DNA of 64,000 nucleotides from Candidatus Omnitrophota bacterium. Its GTDB lineage: Bacteria; Omnitrophota; Gorgyraeia; Gygaellales; Profunditerraquicolaceae. Positions 1 through 9,675 of the stretch are shown here, piece by piece. The translations under genes and the position numbers were made by a program. The notes under the pieces were generated by a model that had not been told where the DNA came from, ran no database searches, and worked only from the letters and a program-made list of their open reading frames with translations. Position 1 is the first letter of the stretch, and each line of letters begins with the position of its first letter. Location of the stretch: NCBI GenBank assembly GCA_030650425.1, contig JAUSED010000009.1:142846-206845 (forward strand), given 5' to 3'.

Positions 1-3000
1 GGCCGATAGGAGGAGACTTTAACGGAGACGCAAAGACCGACGTCGGAATTTATAACAATACCACCGGAGAATTAAAAATCATTCTCTCCAATGGAGGCGA
101 TGCTAAAACCAGCCAAGGTTCATTTTCCGCTGGAAGTACCTGGTTTAATTTTTCCGGAGCGTCTTATTCCTGGCAGCCGTTTACCGGTAACTTTAATGGC
201 GACAAATACACTGACTTTGGCCTCTATAATGTCGATACCGGCGAAGTAAAAGCCGCCTTAGGCATCCCGCCACAAGGCGCGGGACAGGCAGGCAGCGGTT
301 TTGGGCCACTGACTACTTGGGCAAGCAGCGCAGGGGGCTATACCGCGCTCTCAGGAGATTTTAACGCGGATGGTTTAACTGATCTTTGTTTATTTAAGAA
401 ATCCAGCGGCGAATTCAAGGTAGCTTTTTCTAACTCCAAGTCTTTTGTTGATGAATCAACTTGGATTACCGGCTATGCTACGGATAAAGACGCGCTGGTT
501 TCTGACTTTAACAATGACGGCTTAACCGATATTGGTTATTGGGATAAGACAACAGGCAGGTGGTATTACGCCATCTCCACCGGTGATAAATTCGTCGATA
601 AAGGGGTTTGGCTAGATAGTTTTGGCTCAAGTAATGATGAATCCGCTACCACCGGTGATTTTAACGGTAACGGTATCACCGACGCTGCTACCTTTGATAA
701 AGACCAGCTCGGGATTGACCGTTGGACCACCCGCCTCTCTACCAATCAACCCGCGGATCTCCTCACTGAAATCGATAACGGCATCGGCGGCAAGACTAAA
801 ATTACCTACACTTATGCCGCAAGCGAAGACAATCTCGGCTTGCCATTCCCGGTTTATGTGGCTTCATCTATCAGTCTAATTAATACTTTTCCAACTGAGC
901 GCGCGGCTACCTACACCCAAAACTTTAGCTTCTCCGGCGGTTATTTCGATACCACTGAGCGCGAATTCCGCGGCTTTGCCAAAGTAAGGGTAACAGATCC
1001 AATTACCCATAACTACAGCGAAACCTACTTTTATCAGGGTAAGTCCGATGAAACCGATCCTTTCAAAAAGGATGGCGCGCTCAAAGGACAAATTGATAAG
1101 GTGATTGCTTATGATGGGAGTAACCGTAAAATCAGCGAAACAGTAAACACCTACGAAGTCAAAAAGGCCGGGCCTGAGGACAGGTTCTTAGGCTTTCCCA
1201 GCCTAAAAGAACAAAACACCACGGTCTACGAAGAAAACGGCAGCTCGCTTGCAACCAAAAACACCTTTAGCTATGACAATATCGGTAATCTCACCGGAGA
1301 AACAAGCTACGGCGATATTACCAAAACCGGAGATGAAAAATCAACCTCAAATACCTACGCCCAAGCCTATAGCTACAACACCACTGCTAGCTCCGGCTTT
1401 AACCGTCCGCTAGAATCCTCTCTCAAAGACAAAGATGGGAATATCGTCACCCAGAAAAACTTTGAGTATGACGCAAAAGGAAACCTCGCTAAAGATATTG
1501 TCTTGATCTCCAACCCGCTCACCAGTTCAGTCGTTACCACCCAAACCCAATACAGCTATGACGACTACGGCAACCTCACCTCAACCACCAATGCCTTAGG
1601 TAAGTCTGTTACCACCGAATACGAAACCGACCTTTACACCTATCCAGCCAAAGTCACTAACTCCCTAGCTCATTCCATAAGCTATATTTATGACCCGAAG
1701 TTTGGTGTGGTTAAGTCTGTCACCGATACTAATGGCGCTACCTCAAGCACAACCTATGATTCCTTTGCTAGGCCAGTACAAGTAAAGAATGCCTATGATC
1801 AAGTAGTGACAACCTATACCTACCCTGATTTTAACACTAAAACCACCACTAACGCCGTAGGCCTCTTTAAAACCGAGTATATTGACGGCTTAGGCAGAAA
1901 ATATAAAGCTATCTCCAGCGGTGAAGATGGCGCGTCTCAAAGGAATATCTCTAGCGAGGTTTTCTACAATGAAAGGGGATTAACCGCTAGCGAATCCCTG
2001 GCGCATTATGTTGATGAAGACGCCGGTAATATTTCCTATATCAGATATAGATATGACAAAAGAGGCAGGATAGCCGAGACTATCTCTGATTTCGCTACCC
2101 CAATGCAAGAGACAGGAGAACCTGGCGATTACAGCCAGCTTACTGGTAAAGATACCTTTAGCTCGATTTCTTACCTTACTCCTCTCTATGTGGAAACCAC
2201 TGACCCTCTAGGCCACCGCAAAGGCACGCTTAAGGATGTTTACGGTAATATCCTGGAAGTAAGAGAGTTTATCCATGCGGATAACGAAACCAAGCCTGAT
2301 GGCGCATTCCACACCTACTATGAATACGACACCCAGAATAACCTCACTAAAACCACGGATAACAAAGGTAACACTACCCAAATCTTCTATGACTCCATCG
2401 GCAGAAAGCTGAAGATGATTGACCCGGATATGGGTACCTGGAGCTATGAATATGATATACTAGGTAACCTAAAGAAGCAAACCGATGCCAAGGGCCAAAT
2501 CCTCACTTTTGAATACGACGATCTCAACCGCCTTGCAAAGAAATCGTCATTGCGAGGCAGCGAAGCTGCCGAAGCAATCTCTGAATATTTCTACGATGAC
2601 CCAGCTAAAGACAACTGCGTAGGAAGGCTATCTAAAATCACCGACCTCTCCGGCTCAACCGAATTCTTCTATGATAAGCTAGGCAGGGAAGTAAAAAGCA
2701 TTAAGTCATTGCGAGGCACCGAAGGTGCCGGAACAATCTCCTACACTGTCCAGCGCGAATACGATGTTTTAGACCGCCTGACTAAATTAACCTATCCCGA
2801 TGGCGAAGCAGTAAATTACACCTACGACACCAACTCCGGCTTACTTAAGTCATTGCGAGGCACCGCAGGTACCGAAGCAATCTCTTACGTCCAGAATATG
2901 TCCTACAACGCCAAAGGCCAATCCACCAATATCCTCTACGGCAACAATGTCCAGACTACTTACACCTATGGCCAAGACTTACGTCTTGCGAATATATCCA

Positions 3001-4787
3001 CTATCCACAGTCCATCATCTACCATCCTTCAAAACTTAGATTATACCTTCGACCACAACGGTAACCTGACTGATCTAAACGATGCCATAAGGAATAAAAA
3101 GCGTAACTATACTTACGATGACTTAGACCGTTTAATCAGCGCAAAAAATACTCCTGCGCCCGGAGGCCTATATGGAGATTTCTACTATAGCTATAACTCG
3201 ATAGGTAATATGTTTGAAAAAACTGAACCAAACAACTCTACCATAACTATGGGCTATGGCAAGGACGCAGGACCGCATGCTTTAACTAGCGTAGGAAATT
3301 GTAACTACCAATACGATGCCAATGGTAATATGACTGTCGGTAAAAACAAAATTCTTAGCTACGACACTGAGAACCGATTACTGAGCGTAAATGAACAAGG
3401 TATAATCACTTCATTCCTTTATGATGGAGATGGAGGGAGGGTAAGAAAGACCACCGGCTCAAATTCTACCACCTACATCGGCTCGCTCTTTGAAAAGGAT
3501 TCCAGCGGTAAAATCACTAAACATATCTTCGCCGGCTCAAACCGGGTAGCCTCTGCTATAGCGAACCCTGATGGAACTAAACAAACTCTATATTACCACA
3601 GCGATCACTTAGGTTCATCTAACGTGATTACCGATCAAACCGGCTCACTTGTGCAATATTGCGAATACACTCCTTATGGTTCGCTTGCCCGTAACGAAGG
3701 CACTGATGTAGCAACCCATAAATTCACCGGTAAGGAACTGGATAGGACTGGACTCTACTTCTACGGGGCGAGGTATTACGACCCGGAGATCGGCAGATTT
3801 ATTACTGCCGATACGATTGTCCAAGCTCCTTACAACCCCCAAACCTTAAACCGCTACACTTATTGTGGTAATAATCCGATTAATTATGTGGACCCAACGG
3901 GGCATTGGTTCTGGGCGTTAGTTTGGGTAATAATAGAGGCGGTAAAGGCGTATGCCATAGCACATCCTATCATCGCTGGAGCCATTGCAGGTGCAATTTT
4001 TAATACTGCTATGAATGCCTCTAATATCAATAGCTTCGGCAGTTTTATGACTTATGCAGCTATAGGCGCAGTAGCGGGCGCGGCTGGTGGAGGTGTTGGA
4101 GCATATATAGGAGCTAGTAGCGCGTTCTGGGGAACGGCCGCAGGCGCTTTTACAGGGGGATTTATTGCTGGGGCTGGAAACGCAGGTTATGGGGGAGCAA
4201 GCTTTGGCCAAGCTATGCTCTCTGGATTAATGGCTGGCGGTATTGCCGCAGCTACAGCAGTGGTAGTTTATGGAGCAATAAAGGTAGGCGAAAAGATAAT
4301 TTCATCAACGCAAAAGGTAGCCACTGCCCAAGCAAAAGCCGTGGGAGAAAAAACACCAGTAGGACAAAAAGATAGCGGTTTAACTACAGAAGTAGGAAAA
4401 GGCACATCTGGTGATCCCATAATTGATGACCCTGGAGTAAAAAAGACGATGGACAGAGCATGGCAAGAATCACTAGATGGTCAAGCAAACGTACATGAAC
4501 AAGGCGGATGGATAGAAGAACATGGTGGATATCGTTGGCCGCAAGGAGAAAGTGGCAGCATTTCGGTTCCAAACACTCGACCATCTGGAACTATAGCGGA
4601 ATTTCACACACACCCCTATTCATCTAGCGAAAGGTTTTTTCCTGGACCGAGTCCGAGTGATTTTTCAGGATTCAATGATCCATCATCAAGCGTATATGGC
4701 ATAAGACATTTTATTGTAGACAGGCAGGGAGTTATCGAATATCATGCTGATGGAAATTGGAATTATATAAAATCTTCTTCAGATTAA
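1..4787 (+). CDS. Large RHS/YD-repeat polymorphic toxin (FG-GAP repeats + TcdB_toxin_midN-like + RHS core + JAB-like C-terminal tip); 5' end lies upstream of the window
   Basis: Frame 3 is open from base 3 to the stop at 4787. It shows five GDFNGD-type FG-GAP repeats, PADLLTEIDNGIGG, YD repeats, the RHS core end NRYTYCGNNPINYVDPTG, a Gly/Ala hydrophobic stretch, then E..GG...EFHTHP...PSPSD. Confidence 0.9.
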   Translation, partial: PIGGDFNGDAKTDVGIYNNTTGELKIILSNGGDAKTSQGSFSAGSTWFNFSGASYSWQPFTGNFNGDKYTDFGLYNVDTGEVKAALGIPPQGAGQAGSGFGPLTTWASSAGGYTALSGDFNADGLTDLCLFKKSSGEFKVAFSNSKSFVDESTWITGYATDKDALVSDFNNDGLTDIGYWDKTTGRWYYAISTGDKFVDKGVWLDSFGSSNDESATTGDFNGNGITDAATFDKDQLGIDRWTTRLSTNQPADLLTEIDNGIGGKTKITYTYAASEDNLGLPFPVYVASSISLINTFPTERAATYTQNFSFSGGYFDTTEREFRGFAKVRVTDPITHNYSETYFYQGKSDETDPFKKDGALKGQIDKVIAYDGSNRKISETVNTYEVKKAGPEDRFLGFPSLKEQNTTVYEENGSSLATKNTFSYDNIGNLTGETSYGDITKTGDEKSTSNTYAQAYSYNTTASSGFNRPLESSLKDKDGNIVTQKNFEYDAKGNLAKDIVLISNPLTSSVVTTQTQYSYDDYGNLTSTTNALGKSVTTEYETDLYTYPAKVTNSLAHSISYIYDPKFGVVKSVTDTNGATSSTTYDSFARPVQVKNAYDQVVTTYTYPDFNTKTTTNAVGLFKTEYIDGLGRKYKAISSGEDGASQRNISSEVFYNERGLTASESLAHYVDEDAGNISYIRYRYDKRGRIAETISDFATPMQETGEPGDYSQLTGKDTFSSISYLTPLYVETTDPLGHRKGTLKDVYGNILEVREFIHADNETKPDGAFHTYYEYDTQNNLTKTTDNKGNTTQIFYDSIGRKLKMIDPDMGTWSYEYDILGNLKKQTDAKGQILTFEYDDLNRLAKKSSLRGSEAAEAISEYFYDDPAKDNCVGRLSKITDLSGSTEFFYDKLGREVKSIKSLRGTEGAGTISYTVQREYDVLDRLTKLTYPDGEAVNYTYDTNSGLLKSLRGTAGTEAISYVQNMSYNAKGQSTNILYGNNVQTTYTYGQDLRLANISTIHSPSSTILQNLDYTFDHNGNLTDLNDAIRNKKRNYTYDDLDRLISAKNTPAPGGLYGDFYYSYNSIGNMFEKTEPNNSTITMGYGKDAGPHALTSVGNCNYQYDANGNMTVGKNKILSYDTENRLLSVNEQGIITSFLYDGDGGRVRKTTGSNSTTYIGSLFEKDSSGKITKHIFAGSNRVASAIANPDGTKQTLYYHSDHLGSSNVITDQTGSLVQYCEYTPYGSLARNEGTDVATHKFTGKELDRTGLYFYGARYYDPEIGRFITADTIVQAPYNPQTLNRYTYCGNNPINYVDPTGHWFWALVWVIIEAVKAYAIAHPIIAGAIAGAIFNTAMNASNINSFGSFMTYAAIGAVAGAAGGGVGAYIGASSAFWGTAAGAFTGGFIAGAGNAGYGGASFGQAMLSGLMAGGIAAATAVVVYGAIKVGEKIISSTQKVATAQAKAVGEKTPVGQKDSGLTTEVGKGTSGDPIIDDPGVKKTMDRAWQESLDGQANVHEQGGWIEEHGGYRWPQGESGSISVPNTRPSGTIAEFHTHPYSSSERFFPGPSPSDFSGFNDPSSSVYGIRHFIVDRQGVIEYHADGNWNYIKSSSD
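2546..2581 (+). repeat. 36-bp palindromic element (family A), in frame in RHS gene
   Basis: GTCATTGCGA-GGCAGC-GAA-GCTGCC-GAAGCAATCTC, encodes SLRGSEAAEAIS. Confidence 0.85.
2705..2740 (+). repeat. 36-bp palindromic element (family A), in frame in RHS gene
   Basis: GTCATTGCGA-GGCACC-GAA-GGTGCC-GGAACAATCTC, encodes SLRGTEGAGTIS. Confidence 0.85.
2849..2884 (+). repeat. 36-bp palindromic element (family A), in frame in RHS gene
   Basis: GTCATTGCGA-GGCACC-GCA-GGTACC-GAAGCAATCTC, encodes SLRGTAGTEAIS. Confidence 0.85.
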
Positions 4788-4791
4788 TAAA

Positions 4792-5202
4792 ATGCGTAAA
4801 TTATCAAATAACAGTTTTTTAACTATTAAAGTCTCTATAAAGATCTTACTAATTGTATCCTTATTGACTGGGATGTCTTATGTTAACAAGAAGGAAAATA
4901 TGAAAATTAAATATGAAGACGCGATAAAGATCTCAAATAATTTTCTTCAAAGTAAAGGTTTTGATACGCAAAAAACCGAGACTATTCTTGATCCAAAGAA
5001 TGAAAAGTGGGTTAAGTATTACTCAAACAACAAACTCCTTATTGAATACTATAGTGAACTATTGAAAACGTTAGAAGACAAGAATTACTGGGCAATCCAT
5101 TATGTGCCTAAAAAAATGACTTCTATAATTAAGGGAGGTGGAGCCTGGGTTTTTATTGATGTAACTACTGGAAAAGTGATTTCGTATTTTCTTGAAAAAT
5201 AG
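4792..5202 (+). CDS. Probable immunity protein for the RHS toxin (PepSY/NTF2-immunity-like C-terminus)
   Basis: Immediately follows the toxin; AT-rich; N-terminal hydrophobic segment; GGGAWVFIDxxTGKVI motif. Confidence 0.6.
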   Translation: MRKLSNNSFLTIKVSIKILLIVSLLTGMSYVNKKENMKIKYEDAIKISNNFLQSKGFDTQKTETILDPKNEKWVKYYSNNKLLIEYYSELLKTLEDKNYWAIHYVPKKMTSIIKGGGAWVFIDVTTGKVISYFLEK

Positions 5203-5214
5203 AGTCTGTTGCAC

Positions 5215-5295
5215 AGATAATAAGATAACAAAGATAAAAAGATACCAAAAAAAATAACAAAAGATAACGATAACAAGATAACAAGATAACAGATC
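5215..5295 (+). repeat. Degenerate tandem repeat of (A)AGATAAC
   Basis: About 9 AGATAA(C)-like units between the immunity gene and the transposase stop. Confidence 0.6.
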
Positions 5296-5304
5296 AGGAC
5301 TTTG

Positions 5305-6567
5305 TTAATTTTCAAGGCGTTGGATAAGCCTTTGGGATTTGATTCTTAAGGTTTCAGCGATAGCTTTGTTCTTTGATAAGAGGCAGGTGGAATCAATGAT
5401 GATAAGAGCCGCAATGGCCTCTTTGCATTGGCCGAGGGAAGCGGGTGAGTCTTGGAGTATCTTGGAGAGACAAGCGTTCTGTTTGATCCAGTAAGTCAAT
5501 GACCAGACTAAGAAGGAAATAATCCAATGACGTTGGATCTGTTCTTGGTCGTGGACTTGATACTGGTCAAAACAGAAGTTGTCTTTAAGTTCGCGGAATG
5601 ATTCTTCAATACCCCAGCGCAGAAGATAAGTATCAATAGCGGTTTTAACGGACATCGCGGGGTTATTGGTAATCAGGACATGCGTATCTTTTTCATCGGT
5701 ATCAGACCATTTGTCAAATATAAAGAAGATTTGTAAAGGGGTAGAACAATCCTTGAGTTTGGATTTGATGGCATAAGTAAATATGTGCTTAACTTTGCCG
5801 TTTTGTTGAAGGATTTCAACATGTTTGAGGCGGTGGGCATAGAATTGTTTGATTAGCGGAATAATTTCCTCAGCGCGCATATGCGCTTGTTGTTTAGTTT
5901 TAGGATGAGCAAAAAAGATAGAACGGTTAATTTTTGTTTCAGCGACGAAAACTAAATTTTTTGAGGCGATGAACTCAATCATCTCAGAGGAAGTGTACCA
6001 AGCATCAAAGACGATACTAGAGAAGGGGATATTTTTAGCGACAGCTTCGCTAATCAGCTCTTTAGCCAGATCAGGTTTACTTTTAAAATTCTCCGGCGGC
6101 TGGCCTTGTACAGGGATATAAGATTTAAAGTTGATCGGGAAGTGTTTAGTGTTGGAGACAAAACAGGAAGCGACGGCGACATTGCAATTTTCCTTTTTGC
6201 CCAAAGAGCCGCAGTATTGGAATTGAGCGCCTTCGGTTTTCTTGGCGTGAGGTTTAGGGCAGCCGGTATCATCAAGGGCGAAGACACCATTGGGCGTGGC
6301 GCGCGTTGTTGATTGATTCTGGATGATTTTAAGGCGCGTGTCATTGAGCTTATTGATATCCCAGGAAGAGTCAGAGAAGAAGTATTGGAGTTTTTGATAA
6401 TGAGTATTTGTTCTTCGGGCGATGGCGGATAATGATAAACGTTTGTAGTCGAAGAACATGCCATAGATAAGTCCGCGTAAGGCGGACATTTGGGTATTTG
6501 AAAAAACAGGCTGGAAGCGCGCAAGAAACTGATCGATAAAACGTAAACGAGCGTTGAAATGAGCCAT
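5305..6567 (-). mobile_element. IS701-family DDE transposase
   Basis: LDDTGCPK, QYCGSLGKKENCNVAV, FDAWY and RWGIEESFRELK motifs; element ends not resolved. Confidence 0.85.
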
Positions 6568-6686
6568 AAGCGTTGCTCCTTGTTATGGGTGGAATAATTG
6601 TTCGTATAGGTATATAATAGCAGAGGTTAGGAAGGAAAATCAACAAGAATTTTGACGCAACGCATTGATATGCCGTAAGTTATGTA

Positions 6687-8285
6687 GTTACCGCTGAAAA
6701 ACCCCGTTTATGATTACGCGGGTTAGAAGACAAGATTCTACACTCTGTTTTTATTGTTTGTTTTATTTATTTTTTGTTTTTTCATCCCGTTCATTGAAAA
6801 TCCTTGCCTTTAGCCGTATGCCGTAGCAGTTTTAAGGTTCATTGCCATAAGCCCTAAACGTATCCACATCTCTTCACCATCGGGAATATGGTAACGAATA
6901 CGGTCAAGGCCGTATTTGCGCTTAGCCAGGCTTATCTTTGCTTCAATAGAGCACCTTAAGCGGCGTAGGCGCTCCCTAAAAGGCTTGTGCTCTAGATAAG
7001 AGGATTTACCTTTATTCTCAATGGCAATTTTAGAGATATTTTTCTCTTCGGCCAAGAGGTAATTCTTTTTTGACCAGAATCCTCTGTCGGCAGATAACTG
7101 GCTGGGGTATGATCCAAAGCGTTCTTTGTAAGCGTCAATAGCGGTTCCTAATAAGTTTGAGTCTGAGATATTGGCGAAATTTAAGCTTTCTAAAAAGAGG
7201 CACTTGTTTTTAAGGTTAAGCAGGATTTTTGGCCCAAACTCAACCTCAACCGGGTATTTGCCCCTGACCATAGGCCGGAGATGCGGCTTATGCACAGAGA
7301 CGATGCGTTCCTTTACCGGCAGGCCATGATAAACATCTTTTTGCTGGGTAAGGATTGTACTGGCGGTATCTAGAAAACGTTGCGCCTCTTTGATAAATTC
7401 ATCCTTGGCTTTATCGGCAGTATTCTGATTGGGAGCGGAGATGTTATCCGTTGCTTCCTTAAGCTGGTTTATGTTCCTGCGGGAGAATTGCAGGAGTTTT
7501 CTCTGCGCTCTCCCGCGTGATTGCTTGGTATGATGCCTGATCTTTTGATAGGTGATAAATACTCTTCGAGCTGTGCGTTTGTAGGTGCGGTATGCCTTGG
7601 CGCCGAATTGTTTGGCAGTCTCCAGGTATTTTACCGCTTTCCGGCGCACCTTATCCAGCAGTGACACATCTGTAGGATAGGCGATATCAGCAGGCACAAC
7701 CGTAGTGTCGCAGACTAACCGCCTGCCTTTTAGGAGCCTTGTTCTTTGTAAACTTTTGAAGACTTCCTGTTCAATAAGCTTTACTCCTTCAACGCCGATC
7801 TGCTTCCTGAACTTGCTTAAGGTTGAAGGGTTGATAAAATTCTTAGCCTCTTTAAGAGAGACATCGCAGAGGTATTGAGCATAGATATCACGCTTGATAA
7901 GATCAACCAGTCCGGCATCTGAGTAACGGTATAAGTGCTTTAAGATTAACAGCCCGACCTTGGCACGGGATGGCTTGGCTGGACGGCCGTTATCAGCGCA
8001 ATAGAAACGGGAGAGCTTCTCTGATACCGACACCCAGTCTATTGCCTTGGATATCTTGATAAGCTCGTGGTTTTCATCAACTTCTGGAACGACGAACCAG
8101 TCGTGGGTGAAGCTAAACTGATGCTCTTCTGATTCTTTGGTATACATTTTTTAGGCCTCCTCATTTGTGGTTAAATGCACGATTCTCGACGATATTATAC
8201 CAAATTCCGTGCACTTTGAGGAGAATTATTACAACTATTTTTAACCACTCTCGTCGATAAACATCGAGGGTTTTTCAGCGGTAAC
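6687..8285 (-). mobile_element. Complete IS5-family insertion sequence (transposase 6810..8147) with 18-bp terminal IRs and 6-bp target duplication
   Basis: IR GTTACCGCTGAAAAACCC (6687-6704) / GGGTTTTTCAGCGGTAAC (8268-8285); TATGTA at 6681-6686 and 8286-8291; transposase motifs GRP..., DTTVVPADI.YPTD, EFG, ADRGF, RCSIE. Confidence 0.9.
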
Positions 8286-8368
8286 TATGTATTTTCAAAA
8301 GTTACATAAAGACAGTTTTTGAAAATAATCGGGAAGAAAAATATTTTTTAACAATGTACTGAACAGAT

Positions 8369-8393
8369 AACAGACACTTTCCCAGCCAATCGG
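8369..8393 (+). repeat. 25-bp direct repeat, copy 1 (upstream of TA module 1)
   Basis: AACAGACACTTTCCCAGCCAATCGG, identical to 9266-9290. Confidence 0.85.
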
Positions 8394-8546
8394 TACAGTG
8401 TACCGCGCTCAAGATGGAGGGTGTACCTTTGGATCCTAACGGTATTCTTCCGCTGAGTTTACAATTTTTGCCCTGACAGGTTACAAGGGGTATTGATGAG
8501 GTGTAAGGATGAGTTTTATCCCGGCATAAAAATATCCTACTCCTAC

Positions 8547-8603
8547 TTGACAACTCTAAAAGTATGGTGTATACTTTAAATGTGGCGACATTTGTTGCCA
8601 CAT
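8547..8603 (+). promoter_or_regulatory. Sigma70 promoter and operator-like inverted repeat of TA module 1
   Basis: TTGACA-17nt-TATACT (8547-8575); IR ATGTGGCGACA-TT-TGTTGCCACAT (8580-8603). Confidence 0.7.
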
Positions 8604-8621
8604 AATAAAAAGGGGGTTATC

Positions 8622-8930
8622 ATGAGCGCAGTAATTGATTTAATAAAAGCAGAGCATGTAGGAGTAAGGGAATTAAGAGACCACTTGTGTGGATTTATGA
8701 AAAACAAAAAACCTGCCATAGTGGTAACCGAAAGAGGGGAACCTATAAGGGTAATTATGTCTTACGCAAAGATGGTTGAATTACTAGAATTCTTTGATGA
8801 AGTTTCAGATCCGGATACTATGAGGAATATCCATGAAGGCGTAGAGGCAATTAAACAAGGTTCTAAAGGCGTTTCTTTTTCGGGAACCTATAAAAAATAT
8901 CATTCAGCGGTCCAAGCGGTAAAAAAATGA
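8622..8930 (+). CDS. Phd/YefM-family antitoxin
   Basis: VGVRELRDHL...IVVTERGEP; RBS AAGGGGG before ATG 8622; overlaps toxin start. Confidence 0.8.
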   Translation: MSAVIDLIKAEHVGVRELRDHLCGFMKNKKPAIVVTERGEPIRVIMSYAKMVELLEFFDEVSDPDTMRNIHEGVEAIKQGSKGVSFSGTYKKYHSAVQAVKK

Positions 8931-9238
8931 GCTACGATATTAGATATCCAACACCAAGGCTGAAAAAGTATTTTGACGAATTTTTGCAAAAAAAGATCCC
9001 GCATAAAAATCAGAGGGAAAAAATAGTAGATGAAGTAGATGGCCTCAGAGACAACCCCAGGCCATTCCATAAAAAAGGGTTTACGGAAATCAAACCGCCG
9101 ATGGCTGTTTCTTATCATTTGGCAGAATACAGATTAAGAATTGGGGATTATCGGATTTTGTATAATGTGGACGATAAGCAGAAGATCGTCTGGATATTAG
9201 ATATAAGGATACGCACGGAGAAAACTTATAGAGGATAG
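8927..9238 (+). CDS. RelE/ParE-family toxin
   Basis: NPRP...YRLRIGDYRILYNVDD...RTEKTYR. Confidence 0.85.
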   Translation: MSYDIRYPTPRLKKYFDEFLQKKIPHKNQREKIVDEVDGLRDNPRPFHKKGFTEIKPPMAVSYHLAEYRLRIGDYRILYNVDDKQKIVWILDIRIRTEKTYRG

Positions 9239-9265
9239 AGAAGAAGAAATGAAATGGTAACGGGA

Positions 9266-9290
9266 AACAGACACTTTCCCAGCCAATCGG
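9266..9290 (+). repeat. 25-bp direct repeat, copy 2 (upstream of TA module 2)
   Basis: Identical to 8369-8393. Confidence 0.85.
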
Positions 9291-9335
9291 GACATAGAAG
9301 AGGGTATACTAGTCATTAAAATAGTCATTTTAACC

Positions 9336-9364
9336 TTGACGGGTTTAGAATTATGATTTATACT
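9336..9364 (+). promoter_or_regulatory. Sigma70 promoter of TA module 2
   Basis: TTGACG-17nt-TATACT, followed by TTAAAT as in module 1. Confidence 0.65.
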
Positions 9365-9389
9365 TTAAATAGCAGGAAGAAAAATATTT

Positions 9390-9674
9390 ATGGAGGCAAA
9401 AGATATGACTACATTAACTGTTACTGAAGCAAAGGCGCATTTTTTGGAGCTTATCAGAAATTCTGACGAAAGGCTTGAAAGATTTATCATAACTAAGCAG
9501 GGAAAGCCGGCAGCGGTAGTAATGAATGCCGATGAATTTGAAGGGTGGCTTGAAACTTTAGAAATAATGTCTGATAAAAAAGCTTTAGGAGAAATTAGAA
9601 AGGCAAAAAGAGAATTAGGACTGGGCAAGACTAAGAGCTTTAAAGAAGTTGTTGGCAGGCTGCAAAAAAATTAG
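9390..9674 (+). CDS. Phd/YefM-family antitoxin
   Basis: VTEAKAHFLELI...IITKQGKPAAVVMNADEFEGWLETLEI. Confidence 0.9.
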   Translation: MEAKDMTTLTVTEAKAHFLELIRNSDERLERFIITKQGKPAAVVMNADEFEGWLETLEIMSDKKALGEIRKAKRELGLGKTKSFKEVVGRLQKN

Positions 9675-9675
9675 T

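Noticed and set aside
840-842. ORF-track start of the RHS protein
   Set aside because: The frame is open and FG-GAP-coding from base 3; the true start is upstream of the window
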